From Octopus vulgaris (taxonomy: Eukaryota), in assembly GCA_951406725.2 (NCBI GenBank), contig OX597833.1, positions 66,774,001 to 66,838,000 of the forward strand: DNA of 64,000 nt. Reading direction: 5' to 3'. A program made the translations under genes and the position numbers. A model generated the notes under the pieces. It saw only the letters and a program-made list of their open reading frames with translations. It was not told where the DNA came from and made no database searches. Shown one piece after another: positions 26,392 through 41,749 of the stretch. Each line of letters starts with the position of its first letter. Within the stretch, counting starts at the first letter, position 1.

Positions 26392-27176
26392 TACACACAC
26401 GCACACATATAACGTATAAATGCGTGTGTGTGTATGTGCGTATGTGTTTGTGAGTAAGTGTGTATGTATGTACATGCATAACATGGTGCGACAATGCTGC
26501 AGTACCACCTTCACGGGTGTAGTGGAACAAATATACACCAGAATTTATATTAAAGTCCGGTACTTATTCTTTGGCTCGCTTTTCGCGAATCAGCTGAATT
26601 ATGGGAACGTAAGTGAATCACCACTTGTTGTCAAGCGGTGATGAGTGAGGGACAAACACAAACACACACACGCGCACACATACTTAATAGAAGTCACGTC
26701 CTTCAGAAAATAGTAAACATGTAAATCTCACCATCACACATACAACAGCTGAAAATCTAGGTCGTGGAAGACATCCTGGTATAATCCACCTTTCTTTTTG
26801 ATTGTCACTCCTGGTACAACAACAAGGAAATTCAAGTACTATGAAATCTTCTATGTATATAAATAGATTCGTTGCGATATAATTATATATAGAGAAATTT
26901 AATTATAAATTAACAGAAAGCCATCCGCACACTAATATATATGTAATTATATATAGATAACTGCGTATACGATTACTTAGGTACACATACATACATAAAT
27001 AAATATATATACATATGTATGTGTGTAGGGGTGGTGGCAAGGTGTATGTATACACATGTAAAAGTTCACCCTTATACACACCTATATGTAAACATAGACA
27101 ATTATCATTACGACAATGATTCGTACATTGACGTACAGACATACATCATAAATATAATCACCCATCTATCTATCTT

Positions 27177-27277
<101 letters not shown>

Positions 27278-28218
27278 TCATCTATATCTATCTATTCATC
27301 TACCTATCTAACTATTTATCCATCTATCTATCTGTCTGTATGTATGTATGTATGTATGTATGTATGTATGTATGTATGTATGTATGTATGTATGTGTTTG
27401 TGTGTATGTGTGTATAAAAACATGAAAGGCAAAAAAGAAAAAAAATTAAAATACAGAGAAAAATCCCTCGAAAAGGCCATAATATCGCCGCCGACGTGTT
27501 CAATAGCATTATCTAAAATAATAGTTTTTTTCTCTTATATACAAATCACAGAGATTCGTATTGTCACACAAATTATACCAAAACCTTACAATACATCATA
27601 TTGTTACTGATGTTGTCGGTGGTGAAGGCATTCTTATTGTGGCTCCTATTAATCACAATTACAATGTCGGCGCTGTTAACATGAACTTTGCTTAGGTTAT
27701 TAAAGGTTAACATGATAAAGATTAAATTTGAAAAGACAAATGAAGAAATATATAAAATATTATATATTTTTTCTTCTTCTTCTCCCTATTCTATTGAAAA
27801 TATTGACAATAAATTCTATTTGTTTTTTTTTAATAAATACACAGTAAATCTATGATATTTTATAATGGTGGTAACATCAGTCATTATATTAATAAACAGG
27901 GTCTAAACACACACATACGCAAATTTGTGTGAGCATATATATCTATATACAAGTATATATACACATATACATATATATCTATATACACACACACACACAC
28001 ATATATACACTTATCTCACATATATATGTATATATACATATTATACATACGTATAAGCATATATATATGTATATATATATAGACATATATATATATATGT
28101 ATATATGTATGTATATATATACATAAACATATATATATATCTATATATATATGTATGTGTTTATATATATATATATATATACATATATACATAAACATAT
28201 ATATATATATGTATGTAC

Positions 28219-28256
<38 letters not shown>

Positions 28257-28376
28257 TACTCGTATATAATTTTGTGCACGAACTCATCTATAAATTATAA
28301 ATATAAATTAATGTAACTATTGCACTGCACAGTCAACACACATATATGTACATGTGTTTATATGTGAAGCAGTTGT

Positions 28377-28467
<91 letters not shown>

Positions 28468-28809
28468 GGTACACACACATACGTATGGTTCATATATGTG
28501 TCTATGTTATATATGTATGTATATGCATAACATATAAGCATAATATAATATAGTTTTATATGGATATATATATATTTATATATACACACAAACACACACA
28601 TACACACAAACACACACACACACACACATATACACACATACATATATAATGTCAGCTGAATTGCCTATGACAATTTGTTTTGACGTGTCTGTCTGTTCGT
28701 GCCGTCTTTCCAGGGTAAATATCATCATTTGAATAATTTTGTAGATAACGGTAAATAAACACATCTTTTAATGCAATATATTCTTGCTTGCAGTGTTGTC
28801 GCTCTTGCT

Positions 28810-29756
<947 letters not shown>

Positions 29757-30288
29757 TGTCGTAGTTGTAGTACTAGTAGTATTGCTGATGCCTGTTATTG
29801 TGGCTACTATTATCGTACGTTCAACTCGAAAGGTCATGGCTGGAGCAGACTTGGCCTTTATGCCTGCTGGCTAGAGACACAAAGACACTTGCAGCGAAAC
29901 AACAGCAACACAACCACCACTTATTATACAGCAGGTAAGCCACGTCGAGGGTGCAGAAAATACGAACGTCTTCGAGTAGAAGCTGCAATCGCCAAACTCA
30001 GCAAATTTTAGTATTCTGCCCCACAGCATTTTAAACTTTTTCAAAAACACGAAGTTCAGTTTGTAAAACATCGACTTTTATCACAACTTTCTTTTGTGTA
30101 ATCTGGTTAAACATAAAAACTACCAACGCGAATAATTTAATCAGAATTTGTCTTGACAGTAATAGTTCCTGATAATATTTTGGATTAAAATGTAATCTTC
30201 GTATCTAACGACCGGAAATCGAAATCTAGTTCTTGAGATTACCGTAACTTATCTCATGTCACCAATCGTTATTATGAAACGATAGAGT

Positions 30289-30595
30289 AAGGCGGTGAGA
30301 AATCGCCGAATAAAATACATAGCAGCATTTCATCCGGCTTCAATTACCTACGGGTTCAATTACCTACGAGGTCAACTTTGTCTTTCATCCTCTCAGGGCC
30401 GATACAATAAGTATCAGTTGAGCACTGGGGTCGATGTAATCGACTTGAACCAGTGCCCCCTTAAATTGTTGGCCTTGTGCCAGAATTTGAAAGCAATATA
30501 TTTAAGGAGGCGAGCAAAATCGTTAGGACGCCGGGCAAAATTGCATAGCGGCACTTCCTTCCGTCCTGGGTTTGGATTCCGCCGACATCGACTTC
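30289..30595 (+). mobile_element. SINE family A, diverged copy followed by a second head fragment
   Basis: aggcggtgag..ggtcaactttgtctttcatcc..ctggggtcgatgtaatcgactt. Second head near 30505. Confidence 0.7.
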
Positions 30596-31039
30596 GTGGT
30601 TGTGGTGTTAGCATCATGATCGTAAGATTTCTGTCAATCGTCTTTCTCTTAATTTAATTTGTAGGTTCCTGCTTTCCTTCTTTTGTTTCTTTGCAGTCAC
30701 TTACGCTAGAGCGACCTGAAACCTTGTTTGAAAAAAAACCTTATAAAAAATTTTACGTTATTGGATATTTGGAGACCGGTGGAATCGGATTTGACTTTCT
30801 TTTAAAGGCAAATTAAATTGGAATTAAATGAAATTCAATTAGATTAAAAGTAAATTAATTAAAAGTAAATTAACTTCTCTTAAATGAAAAACCCAAGTAA
30901 TTATAAATTATACAATCCTTTCAAAATTCCAATGACGTCATTTAAATTTTGAAAGCCTACGCGTAAATGCTGCGCATTTGAACGCATAATAAAATAGAAA
31001 GCGAAGGAGACAAAATATATTTAGAATCTTTATAATTAT

Positions 31040-31235
31040 TCTTTTATTTTACTTGTTTCAGTCATTTGATTGCGGCCGTGCAGGAGCGCCGCCTTTTAGT
31101 CGAACAAATCGACCCCCAGTACGTATGTTTTGTAAGCCTATTATTTTTAGTACTTATTCTATCGGTTCCTATTGCTGAACCGCTAAGTCACGGGGGATGT
31201 AAACCCACCAACATCTGCTGTCACATACCTGAACT

Positions 31236-31302
<67 letters not shown>

Positions 31303-31592
31303 TATATACTTATATATATAAACTTATATATGTGTTTGTGTGTATATATGTAATAGTGGCACAACTAGGTACCAATTATTGTATTGTAATAATAATATAT
31401 ATATCTATATCTATATATATATGTATATTTATATACGACGGGCTTCTTTCAATTTCAATTTCCCCTCATACGGCTTTAGTCGACCTGCGGCTATAGTAGA
31501 TTCCAGTTGGCCAAGGTTCCACGCAGTAGGCCAGAACCCCGAACTATGTGGCCGAGAAGCAAGTTTCTCGCGGCGCATCCACGCCTGTGCTT
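31040..31592 (-). mobile_element. SINE family B, diverged, with expanded internal (TA)n
   Basis: Tail ttacttgtttcagtcatttga.. and eroded head ..ccacgcagtagg..cacgcctgtgc. Confidence 0.7.
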
Positions 31593-31879
31593 ATGTATAA
31601 AATATATTAAATATGTCCATTCTGTGCGTCTTCTTTCTTACACATAGGCACAAATTTCAAATTTCTCACTCCACCATGATTCAGAATTTATGGAGAAGTG
31701 ATAATCCCCCTTACAACAAGCTGCAGCTAGTGCACCGCATGTTCTTTAAAAGAGATTTACAAAACCCGGCGTTTCGGTCTACCATATCAGAGAAACATTA
31801 GTGGTGAGACTATTTTTCACACATCTGTCTTTTACGATTCGTTTTATCTTCACAGTCGACATATTTTCCTAATGCGTTT

Positions 31880-31898
31880 GGAGGCAAAGTCTCTCGAC

Positions 31899-31960
<62 letters not shown>

Positions 31961-32197
31961 GATAATAATAATAATAATAATATCAATAATAATAATAATA
32001 ATAATAATAATGATAATAATAATATCAATAATAATAAAAATATTAATAATAATAATAATAATAATAATATTTATAATAATAATAATAATAATGATAAAGT
32101 CTCTGGGTGAGACTTGGAGCCAGCTTGTACAAATGTAAACCAAAAGTCAAACGTAATAATAACAATAATAATAATAATAATGATAATAGTAATAATA

Positions 32198-32264
<67 letters not shown>

Positions 32265-32282
32265 TAGTAATAATAATAATAT
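31880..32282. repeat. (TAA)n tract containing a short LINE-like 3' fragment (about 32098-32155)
   Basis: TAA runs interrupted by gtctctgggtgagacttggagccagcttgtacaaatg..caaacgtaataat. Confidence 0.8.
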
Positions 32283-32756
32283 ATTTAAAAAAATCTCTCT
32301 GTAAAACTACGGCCAATAAAAGTTAATATTTGACGACATAATATGAAAAATGTCTTTGAGGCAATTATAAAAATAAATCAGAAATCGTAGGTGTTCAAAT
32401 GTTATTGAATTCAATTATCTGTCAACATTGATTTTCTCATTTAACATTACAATATTACTGCTTATAGTTAACTCATTCACACGTTTTGTAATAGCGATCT
32501 TAATATGAAAGTCATCAAACAAAAAAATGTTTCGCATTTAACAAAAGGCTTCGTTAATGAAACTCATAATCAATTAGTAATTTTACTGAGATGAAATATT
32601 AAAACTTGCAGCGACTAAACACGAAGATCCTGACAGGAATTTAAATGTTCTCTGATTGGTTGTATTACCAATATAGTCATTCGTGTCTCTCACTCTGTCT
32701 TCTTGTCTATCTGTCTCTCTCTCTCTCTCTCTCCCCCATCTCTCTTTTATACATAT

Positions 32757-33119
32757 ACTCTTTTACTATTTTTATTTGTTTTAGTCATTTGGCTGCGGCC
32801 ATGCTGGAGCACCGCCTTTAGGCGAGCAACTCGACCCTGGGACTTATTCTTTGTAAGCCCAGTACTTATTCTATCAGGCTATTTTGCCGAACTGCTAAGT
32901 GACTCTTTTACTTGTTTCAGTCATTCAACTGCAGCCATGCTGGAGCACCCCCTTTAATCGAGCAACTCGACCCCGGGACTTATTCTTTGTAAGCCCAGTA
33001 CTTATTCTATCGGTCTCTTTTGCCGAACCGCTAAGTTACGGGGACGTAAACACACCAGCATCGGTTGTCAAGCAATGCTAGGGGAGCAAACACAGACACA
33101 CAAACATACACGCACACAC

Positions 33120-33153
<34 letters not shown>

Positions 33154-33315
33154 GACGAGTTTCTTTCAGTTTCCGTCTACCTAATCCACTCACAAGGCTT
33201 TGATCGGCCCGAGCCTATAGTAGAAGACACTTGCCCGAGGTGCCACCCAGTGGGACTGAACCCGGAACCATGTGGTTGGTAAACAAGCTACTTACCACAC
33301 AGCCACTCCTGCGCC
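32757..33315 (-). mobile_element. SINE family B (tRNA head, CORE-like, internal TA/TG microsatellite) with duplicated 3' segment
   Basis: Minus head ggcgcaggagtggctgtgtggtaag..gggttcagtccc, then CORE-like ggcacctcgggcaagtgtctt. Tail repeated at 32757-32900 and 32902-33040. Confidence 0.88.
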
Positions 33316-33337
33316 ATATGTATGTATGTATGTATGA

Positions 33338-33516
33338 TATTTTTCTTTACTACCCACAAGGGGCTAAACACAGGGGGGACAAACAAGGAGAGACAAACGG
33401 ATTAAGTCGATTACATCGCCCTCAGTGCGTAACTGGTACTTAATGTATCGATCCCGAAAGGATGAAAGGCAAAGTCGACCTCGGCGGAATTTGAACTCAG
33501 AACGTAATGGCAGACG
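33338..33516 (-). mobile_element. SINE family A, 5'-truncated
   Basis: Tail and central domain, no head. Confidence 0.88.
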
Positions 33517-33539
33517 TATACCCATACATTACTAAGGCA

Positions 33540-34115
33540 AGGAGTATCTAGGGCTACGTTAACTAACACATGAGTCTTGGACTAAATTATCGAAAGTTAT
33601 GTCTTTATTAAAACAAAGCGTATGTAAGACTACATATATAGTGAGTCCTTTCTATGGTATGACACAATCTACCTACGACTACATTATCCGAAATGTCCAC
33701 CCCTTATCACTATATTCATTCTACATTAAAAACAAAAAAACAAAAACAATGCAGCTAGAGTAACGTTATCTGAAATGCACTTTCTTCATGAAGACAAATG
33801 CATCATGGATTACATTTTCCAATGTACACTGTCTTCATTCGAACATAGTGTATCTAGGACTACGTTATTCAATGTATACGTTCCGTATTAAGATTCCATG
33901 TAAGGTATCCGAAGCGATTGTTCTGTATTATTCACAGTTTATCTCGGACTACATTCCAATGTATCTTTTCTATACTACGAGACAATGTGTCTACGGCTAC
34001 CTCGTCTGAAGTGCTCTTCCTTTATGATCACATGGCGTATGTTGGATAACTTTAATCGATGCATCATTTCTGTATCAAAATCCAATGTTTCTAGGACTAC
34101 ATTATCCACGAGTCT
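33540..34115. repeat. Highly diverged tandem array with a period of about 50 bp
   Basis: Motif like gtatctaggactacattatccgaa recurs near 33544, 33620, 33670, 33752, 33800, 33850, 33938, 33987, 34037 and 34087. Confidence 0.7.
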
Positions 34116-34581
34116 TTTCCAGTTTAGCCTCCAATATAATTTATCAATAATCAGTCCTGAACAAAAATCTGTTTTGTCGTAAACTCGCATGAGAGACAAT
34201 TTGCAATGTAACTGGTTTTATACAGCGACAGAGGATTCTCGTTAATCGTTAATTTGTCGTTTATCCCAGACGGTTTTGGTTTTAATAAAGTGAGCCAATA
34301 ACTTTAGTATCTAGGCAGTTGAGTAACCGACTAGAAACAGCAGCTAAATCTTCCTAGATTTAACACCTTACCGGTTTAAAGAATGGAATATTTTATAGTA
34401 GGTTTAGATTCGCTGAGACTAAAAAGAAAGAAATATGTCATCACAATTGGGATGTCATAAGCAAGAGGTGATTCCATTGTGGTTCGATCTGGTTCAGTGT
34501 TGATGACGACATTAACAGCAAGAAAACCAGAATGAGAACTGAAGCAGCTGAGCGCTAAAAGCAACAACAACAACAACAGCA

Positions 34582-34956
34582 GTGGAGGCGCAATGGCCCA
34601 GTGGTTAGGGCAGCGAACTCGCGGTCGAAGGATCGCGGTTTCGATTTCCAGACCAGGCGTTGTGTGTGTTTATTGAGCGAAAACACCTAAAGCTCCACGA
34701 TGCTCTGGCAGGGGGTGGTGGCGACCCCTGTTGCACTCTTTCGCTCCAACTTTCTCTCACTCTTTCTTCCTGTTTCTTGTCCCCGACTTCCTACGCAACC
34801 GCTGAGCCAGGATGCCCATTCATCCATCCGTCGATGGATGCTCTCGGTGTCAGGGTTGACCTGCTTTCTCTTCTGCGGGTCTTACGAATAGCAAAGGACC
34901 ACGTTTCGGACTTCTCCCATCTTGCGAGCTCTGGGACGAAGACCGTTCGCTCAACT
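34582..34956 (+). mobile_element. SINE family C head with an alternative 3' tail
   Basis: Matches 10121-10315 up to ttcctgtttct, then an unrelated tail ending in (caa/cag) repeats. Flanked by gcaac repeats. Confidence 0.85.
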
Positions 34957-35387
34957 GCAACAGCAACAGCAACGATAACAACGACAAACGACCCATATTT
35001 ACTGTATTTGTCAAATACGTTAGACAAATTAAATTGTCCCACATATGATACAGATATGAACTCAAGATTTGTGAGTTGGTAAACATTTCTCATGTTCTGC
35101 AGAATTTGCTACTATTTAACAGAAGTTTTTTTTTACACTTTACATTTTACATACTTTAGTCCCAGAATTGCAGTTCCCTTGGCCGTTTGCAGATTGATCG
35201 ACGCAAGGGAGTGAGTAACTATTTCCAAAACATTTGACACAACTGCTTGCAACGAAGTGAACTCCGCTGTGGGTATACAGGTGATAGGTGATGAGGTTAA
35301 ACCGATTAGTGATTAAATTGAGAAAAGTTACGGTCCACCTAACGGGATTTTATGCTGTTTGCATTAATCCACTTTCATTCATAATAT

Positions 35388-35773
35388 TCTTTTACTCTTT
35401 TACTTGTTTCAGTCATTTGACTGCGGCCATGCTGGAGCGCCGCCTTTAGTCGAGCAACTCGACCCCGGGACTTATTCTTGGTAAGCCCAGTACTTATTCT
35501 ATCGGTCTCTTTTGCCGAACCGCTAAGTGACGGGGACGTAAACACACCAGCATCGGTTGTCAAGCAATGCTAGGGGGGCAAACACAGACATACAAACATA
35601 CGCGCACATACATATATATATATATATACATATATACGACGGGCTTCTTTCAGTTTCCGTCTACTAAATCCATTCATAAGGCTTTGGTCGGCCCGAGGCT
35701 ATAGTAGAAGACACTTGCCCAAGGTGCCACGCAGTGGGACTGAACCCGGAACTATGTGGTTGGTAAGCAAGTT
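35388..35773 (-). mobile_element. SINE family B
   Basis: Colinear with 39629-40047. The extreme 5' end is missing. Confidence 0.92.
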
Positions 35774-36139
35774 ACGGACAGAAATTTTAGCCTAAGATAC
35801 CTGCTTAACGTTTGGTACCATGGGATCAAATCAAAGTGAAGGACGCTGTATCATTTATGGTGAGAGCTTCACTTTTTTTATATTATTACACACTTTCTAT
35901 ATTTATTAATTATTCCCTCAATGTTGCTGTTTACCGCCGATCTCGCCTACCTAAGTAGACTGACATTCCAATCATGACCATCCAATATTTTTTCCTTGTG
36001 TTGAAGGTGGGTGAGGAAACAGTTGGTCCCTATTGCTAACAAGTGCGACGACCGCCCGTGTTTACTACTTTTTATAAATAACGTTTCCCTGATTATTTTT
36101 AGCCGTTCTTCGACCCTTAATCGATTATACTTACAATTG

Positions 36140-36852
36140 TTTCTAATTTAGGCGAAAGGGCAGCAATTTCCACAAACGGGGAGTAATTTTTAAGTTGAAA
36201 CCATCGAAAGCACTCGAGTGGTACTTTATCGATTCTGGAAGGATGACAGGCGAAGTTGACCTCAGCGGATCTTGAACAGAGAACGTGAAGAGCACAACGA
36301 AAACCCGCGAAACATTTTGCAGATGCTGTAACGATTACAAAAACGCATCGTTTAAAAAAAATTTCTCCAGTGTTCTAACGATACTCTCAACCCTTTTCCG
36401 ATCGCGCATTATTATATAAAACATCTTATTATTATTTAATTATTATATAATTATTATATAATTATTATAAAGCATCTCATTATCATATAATTATCATGTA
36501 ATTATTATAAAACATCTTATTATTATTATTAACCATATTAATTATAGAAAACTTGATTTGACTTACACATTGTCTACCTTAGAATGCACTACCCATGTGT
36601 CCGATGTATCATTAAAAATTAAAGAATTAAGGTGTGATTTGATTTTCAAATTTTGGCACACAGCCAGCAATACCGGAGGTGGGTATAAACCAATTACACC
36701 GACCTCAGTGTTTAGCTGGTACTTGTTCTATCCACCCAAAAGTACGTAAGGCGAAGTCGATCGCGGCAGCATTTGAGCTCAGAGAGGAAAGTCGGAATAA
36801 ATGTCGCTAAGAAGTTTTCCGGTGCGGTAGCGATTCTGCCGAATGACAGCCT
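36140..36852 (-). mobile_element. Two diverged SINE family A copies (about 36140-36335 and 36640-36852)
   Basis: tggtactttatcga..ggcgaagttgacctcagcgg and gctggtacttg..ggcgaagtcga..cgattctgcc. Confidence 0.6.
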
Positions 36853-37452
36853 TAAATCTGTGTGTAATTTGATGGAGATGAAGGTGTTTTTTCTAGCATA
36901 TCTGAAGACTTCATTGTGGCCCCGTCATCCATTCGTAATGTAGATGATATGCCATCACTTATAAAACTTAACTGGTCAACACGTCTTTATGTTTAACCAG
37001 TAATTCGGTCTACAATAATCTCATTATCTCTACAGAATGGCATCGAACCTTCGTGTAGTAAATATGGATCGCAAAACGGATGATCTCACATCGCTTCTGT
37101 GATAATAGGCAAACTTGTCTTCTAACTTAATACGAAATACGAAATTAGTTAAAGAATTTCGAAGAGCAAAGTATGATTAGATGCCAACATGCCGTTTTCT
37201 ATCTCGACAGAATTGCTCAATCATTCCAGAATGTTGTTTGTGTGAACGATGTTCCGTTTACCAGCGTCACTTGCTCATTACAACACTTACACACACAAAT
37301 TACGCGCAAACACACATAAACATGCACGCACACACATGCAACACACATACGCGCACACACATATATGCATACATATTTGTATGCATGAATTTAAGTGTGC
37401 ATATATGCATGTGAATATATATGTCCGTATATATGTCTCTCTCTCTCTCTCT

Positions 37453-37505
<53 letters not shown>

Positions 37506-37809
37506 CATATACGTACATATATATATATGTATATATGCGCTCATATATGCATATATAGTTATATACACTTATATATGATGCATGCATGTATATATATATA
37601 TATTCATATGTATATATACATATATATATGTAAATGTATATATGTAAATATATAAAACACAAACATATAAATATTTGTGTATATATGCGTTTATAACAGT
37701 TGTATATACTATATATGCATGTATATATGTATATATACATTTTCATATATGTATATATATGTATATATATATATATACATATACATGCATATATATATAT
37801 ATATATACA

Positions 37810-37911
<102 letters not shown>

Positions 37912-38470
37912 GAATATGTATTTACATGGCGTACCCACATATACCCTTGTTTTCGGTAAAGTGTGGATCACGACTGAACCAAGATGGCGTTGAAGTTAAG
38001 CTTATTTGCAAAGATTCGTTTCCTTCTAAATAGCATTACTTTGTCACTATCGACAATAATCACTTCTTGGTGAGCTCTGCTTACTCATAGTACATTGGCG
38101 GCGCCTCGAGGTCCTTTCCTTCTGTTTTAACAACAACATGTGCTTTAGAATTAAGACAAAGAGAAGAAGCAATTAATAAGAATGATATATTATTACATTT
38201 ACAGAATTTGTCGACACCAAACATTTGCAAATATATTGCTCAATCTTTATGCAATTAGTGGCGGTGTTTGGGGTATATTTATGATGCAGAATTCTGTATA
38301 AACAAGCTTATGTATCTTAGCTACACAGTACTATCAAAATATTAAAATCTACTCCGGTTTCGTTGGATGTAATATGGATAAACATTTAAAAGGTTCGACT
38401 GATAATCACGAGGAATTTGGTTTGATCGATCGGTGTAGCGTCTTCAGTAAGTTTCTTAATTTTTTTTTTA

Positions 38471-38625
38471 CAGGAGTGGCTGTATGGTAAGTAGCTTGCT
38501 TACGAACCACATGGTTCCGGGTTCAGTTCTACTGCGTGGCACCTTGGGCAAGTGTCTTCTGCTATAGCCTCGGGCCGACCAAAGCCTTGTGAGTGGATTT
38601 GGTAGACGGAAACTGAAAGAAGCCG

Positions 38626-38682
<57 letters not shown>

Positions 38683-38870
38683 TTACCCCAACATCGCTTG
38701 ACAACTGATGCTGGTGTGTTTATGTCCCCGTAACTTAGCGATTCGGCAAAAGAGACCGATGGAATAAGTATTAGGCTTACAAAGAATAGGTGCTGGAGTC
38801 GATTTGCTCGACTAAAGGCGGTGCTCCATCATGGCCACAGTCAAATGACTGAAACTAGTAAAAGAGTAAA
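38471..38870 (+). mobile_element. SINE family B with internal (TG)n
   Basis: caggagtggctgtatggtaag..ggcaccttgggcaagtgtctt..(tg)n..atgactgaaactagtaaaagag. Confidence 0.92.
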
Positions 38871-39179
38871 TGTCTAGGGTTCAGATCTTTTGAGAGTGAG
38901 TGTGTAGAAGCAAGGACATTGTGAGAAAAGGGGGTCGAATGGATTATATCTGTTGTTCAAAATTACTTTTTGTTTTTTACTGGAACACGCAGATTCTGCT
39001 TAAGTATTACGTAAAACTTTGGAGTACTCAGACATTCATTATATACGTTCGACGATATAAATGCTTAAACATCTAACGGGATAAAAAATTAACAAAAAAA
39101 AAAAAAGATAAAAAGGGAAAGTACAAGTATGCAAGAAAAATCCTCCATAACCTTCCGCTCTTTCATCGCCCACATTAAC

Positions 39180-39627
39180 CTACACCAGCGCCACCACTAC
39201 CACCACCAGCACTGACACCGTCACCACCAACACAACCATTACCACCACCAACTACAACAACACTATCATTACCAACTCAACGACCACCACGGCCCAGCCG
39301 CGACCACAACGTCCACTACCATCACCACGACGACCACCACATCGACCAGCATCACCAACACCAACACCACCATGACGACGACAACGACGACGACGGCCAC
39401 CACCATCATCATCATCACCACCACCACTGCCATCACGACGACAACGACGACGACGACCACCGACACCACCACCACCACCACTACAAGCGACGACCACTAC
39501 CGACACCGTCATCGCCACCGCCGCCGCCGCCACTACCACCATCACCACCACTAATAACAGCAACAATAACAACGCCGACCCCCAAAACCACCGCAACCAC
39601 TACCCCCCACTAGGAACAACAACACCA
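39180..39627. repeat. Degenerate (CCA/CGA/CAA)n triplet tract
   Basis: acc/acg/aca triplets. Confidence 0.88.
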
Positions 39628-39628
39628 G

Positions 39629-40047
39629 CTTTACTCTTTTACTCTTTTACTTGTTTCAGTCATTTGACTGTGGCCATGCTGGAGCACCGCCTTTAGTCGA
39701 GCAAATCGACCCCGGAACTTATTCTTTGTAAGCCCAGTACTTATTCTATCGGTCTCCTTTGCCGAACCGCTAAGTTACGGGGACGTAAACACACCAGCAT
39801 CGGTTGTCAAGCAATGCTAGGGCGACAAACACAGACACACAAACACACACACACACATATATATATACATATATACATATATACGACGGGCTTCTTTCAG
39901 TTTCCGTCTACCAAATCCACTCACAAGGCTTTGGTCGGCCCGGGACTATAGCAGAAGACACTTGCCCAAGATGCCACGCAGTGGGACTGAACCCGGAACC
40001 ATGTGGCTGGTTAGCAAGCTACTTAACCACACAGCCACTCCCGCGCC
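39629..40047 (-). mobile_element. SINE family B, full-length
   Basis: Head ends ..cacagccactcccgcgcc on the plus strand. Tail is (ttttactc)n. Confidence 0.93.
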
Positions 40048-40484
40048 TATAGCTTGTTTATCTGTTATTACTTTTGTGACACTAAATATCGTTAATCACG
40101 CTCGCTGGCATTTTATTATGAAGGTTGGGCAGAGTTAAGACTAAAAGGTTGGGATCTTCGAAAAGAGAACAAGAAATAGGTAGGTGTCGAGAAGCTGTCG
40201 AAATAATGAAGGACAAATAACCAATCATACGATACCAAATTGCTTTTCGGCAATTCTAACAGCAACTCGTCGATGGGATTGCCATATTTGAGACGATCAT
40301 TCGCATATTTAGATTCGGTGTTATTCAAATCTGTGTTTATTCCATGACGCATAAACGCATTTAATATGCCATTCGATCAGAAAATATTATGAAAAGTGCT
40401 GCGTGTTTTCAGCAAAATTCGTGGCTGCCAGCGTCGGTCTGTCTGTCTGGCTGGTTGGTTGTGTATGCATATCTGTCTGACCGC

Positions 40485-40574
<90 letters not shown>

Positions 40575-40617
40575 CTCTCTCTCTCTCTTTTTATCTCTCT
40601 CTCTCTCTATCTATCTG

Positions 40618-40673
<56 letters not shown>

Positions 40674-40711
40674 AGTGTCTGTCTCTCTGCTTGCCTATAT
40701 ATGTATGTATC

Positions 40712-41370
40712 TCTCACCTCGTCTTCATGACCGAACTGCAGTCGTGGATCAAAGAGGCCGAGGAAGGGCGAATGGTACCGCGAGTGTCGTGTTGCTCTCG
40801 AACAACTCTGCCGTCCCGAGTCGACCTTGAGCGACTGCAGCACAACCAAAACATTCTATAGAGGATTAGTGCAGGGGAGGTACGACGACTATCTCGGGAC
40901 GAACCTGGGCGTCGACGAGGAATATCTGACCCGCCTGTTTAAGACGACTCTCGGGTCGGAACCTATGAACAACTTCTAGCCTGGCAGTGCTATCGAAATG
41001 CGCTACCCGTTCGGGATAAGCTCTACAGGCATGGCTCGAAAAACACGGAGCTGACCTGCCCGAGATGCGGTCAGTGTGACGAAACCGTTCTGTACGCACT
41101 CGTACAGTATCTAACAATTTCCGACCTGTGGACCTATGTCGAACGACTGCTAATGCGTGTGGGACGAGTCAATTTATCAACCGAGTCTATCGTTAATGTT
41201 GTCGTGCCTCCTTCCTGAAACGGGAAGCAAGTTCTGTCTCGTGAAAGTTTCAAGGAAAGTTGGGTGAATGTAGCAAAGATGGTCCGTGTGAGTGCGAAAA
41301 CACTTTGTAAATCGAAGACATTGATAGATAGATAAATAGACAGATAGATAGATAGAGGGAGAGAGAGAGA

Positions 41371-41432
<62 letters not shown>

Positions 41433-41522
41433 ACTTTGCTCTCATGTGATTTCTTTCGGAAAGAAAAATATATTGTATTTTGTCCCCTCTGTGTTCGGCC
41501 TTTTGTGGCTATTAAAGAAACT
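40712..41522 (+). mobile_element. 5'-truncated L1/Tx1-like LINE (zf-RVT region and 3' UTR) within (TCTA)n
   Basis: LAWQCYRNALPVRDKLYRHG..TCPRCGQCDETVLYALVQY..DLW (about 40977-41135) is a decayed CCHC zf-RVT motif. 3' end tgtcccctctgtgttcggcc..gtggctattaaagaaa is followed by (tatc)n. Confidence 0.85.
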
Positions 41523-41579
41523 TATCTATCTATCTATCTGTGTGTGTGTCTGTCTGTGTGTCTGTCTGTCTGTCTGATC

Positions 41580-41656
<77 letters not shown>

Positions 41657-41708
41657 CCTACCTATCTATTTACGTGTCTGTCTCTGCTTGCCAAGGTATG
41701 TATGCATG

Positions 41709-41749
<41 letters not shown>

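Noticed and set aside
29930-30010. Short GC-richer stretch with caggtaag, possible exon
   Set aside because: Both plausible frames stop within 30 codons and nothing is recognisable.
33540-34115. CRISPR interpretation of the 50-bp-period array
   Set aside because: Repeats are degenerate, the context is eukaryotic and there are no cas genes.
34890-34958. Antisense GAAAC-gtg-GTC with a hairpin in the alternative SINE C tail
   Set aside because: The upstream core reads ttgagcga, not CTGANGA, and stem I is poor.
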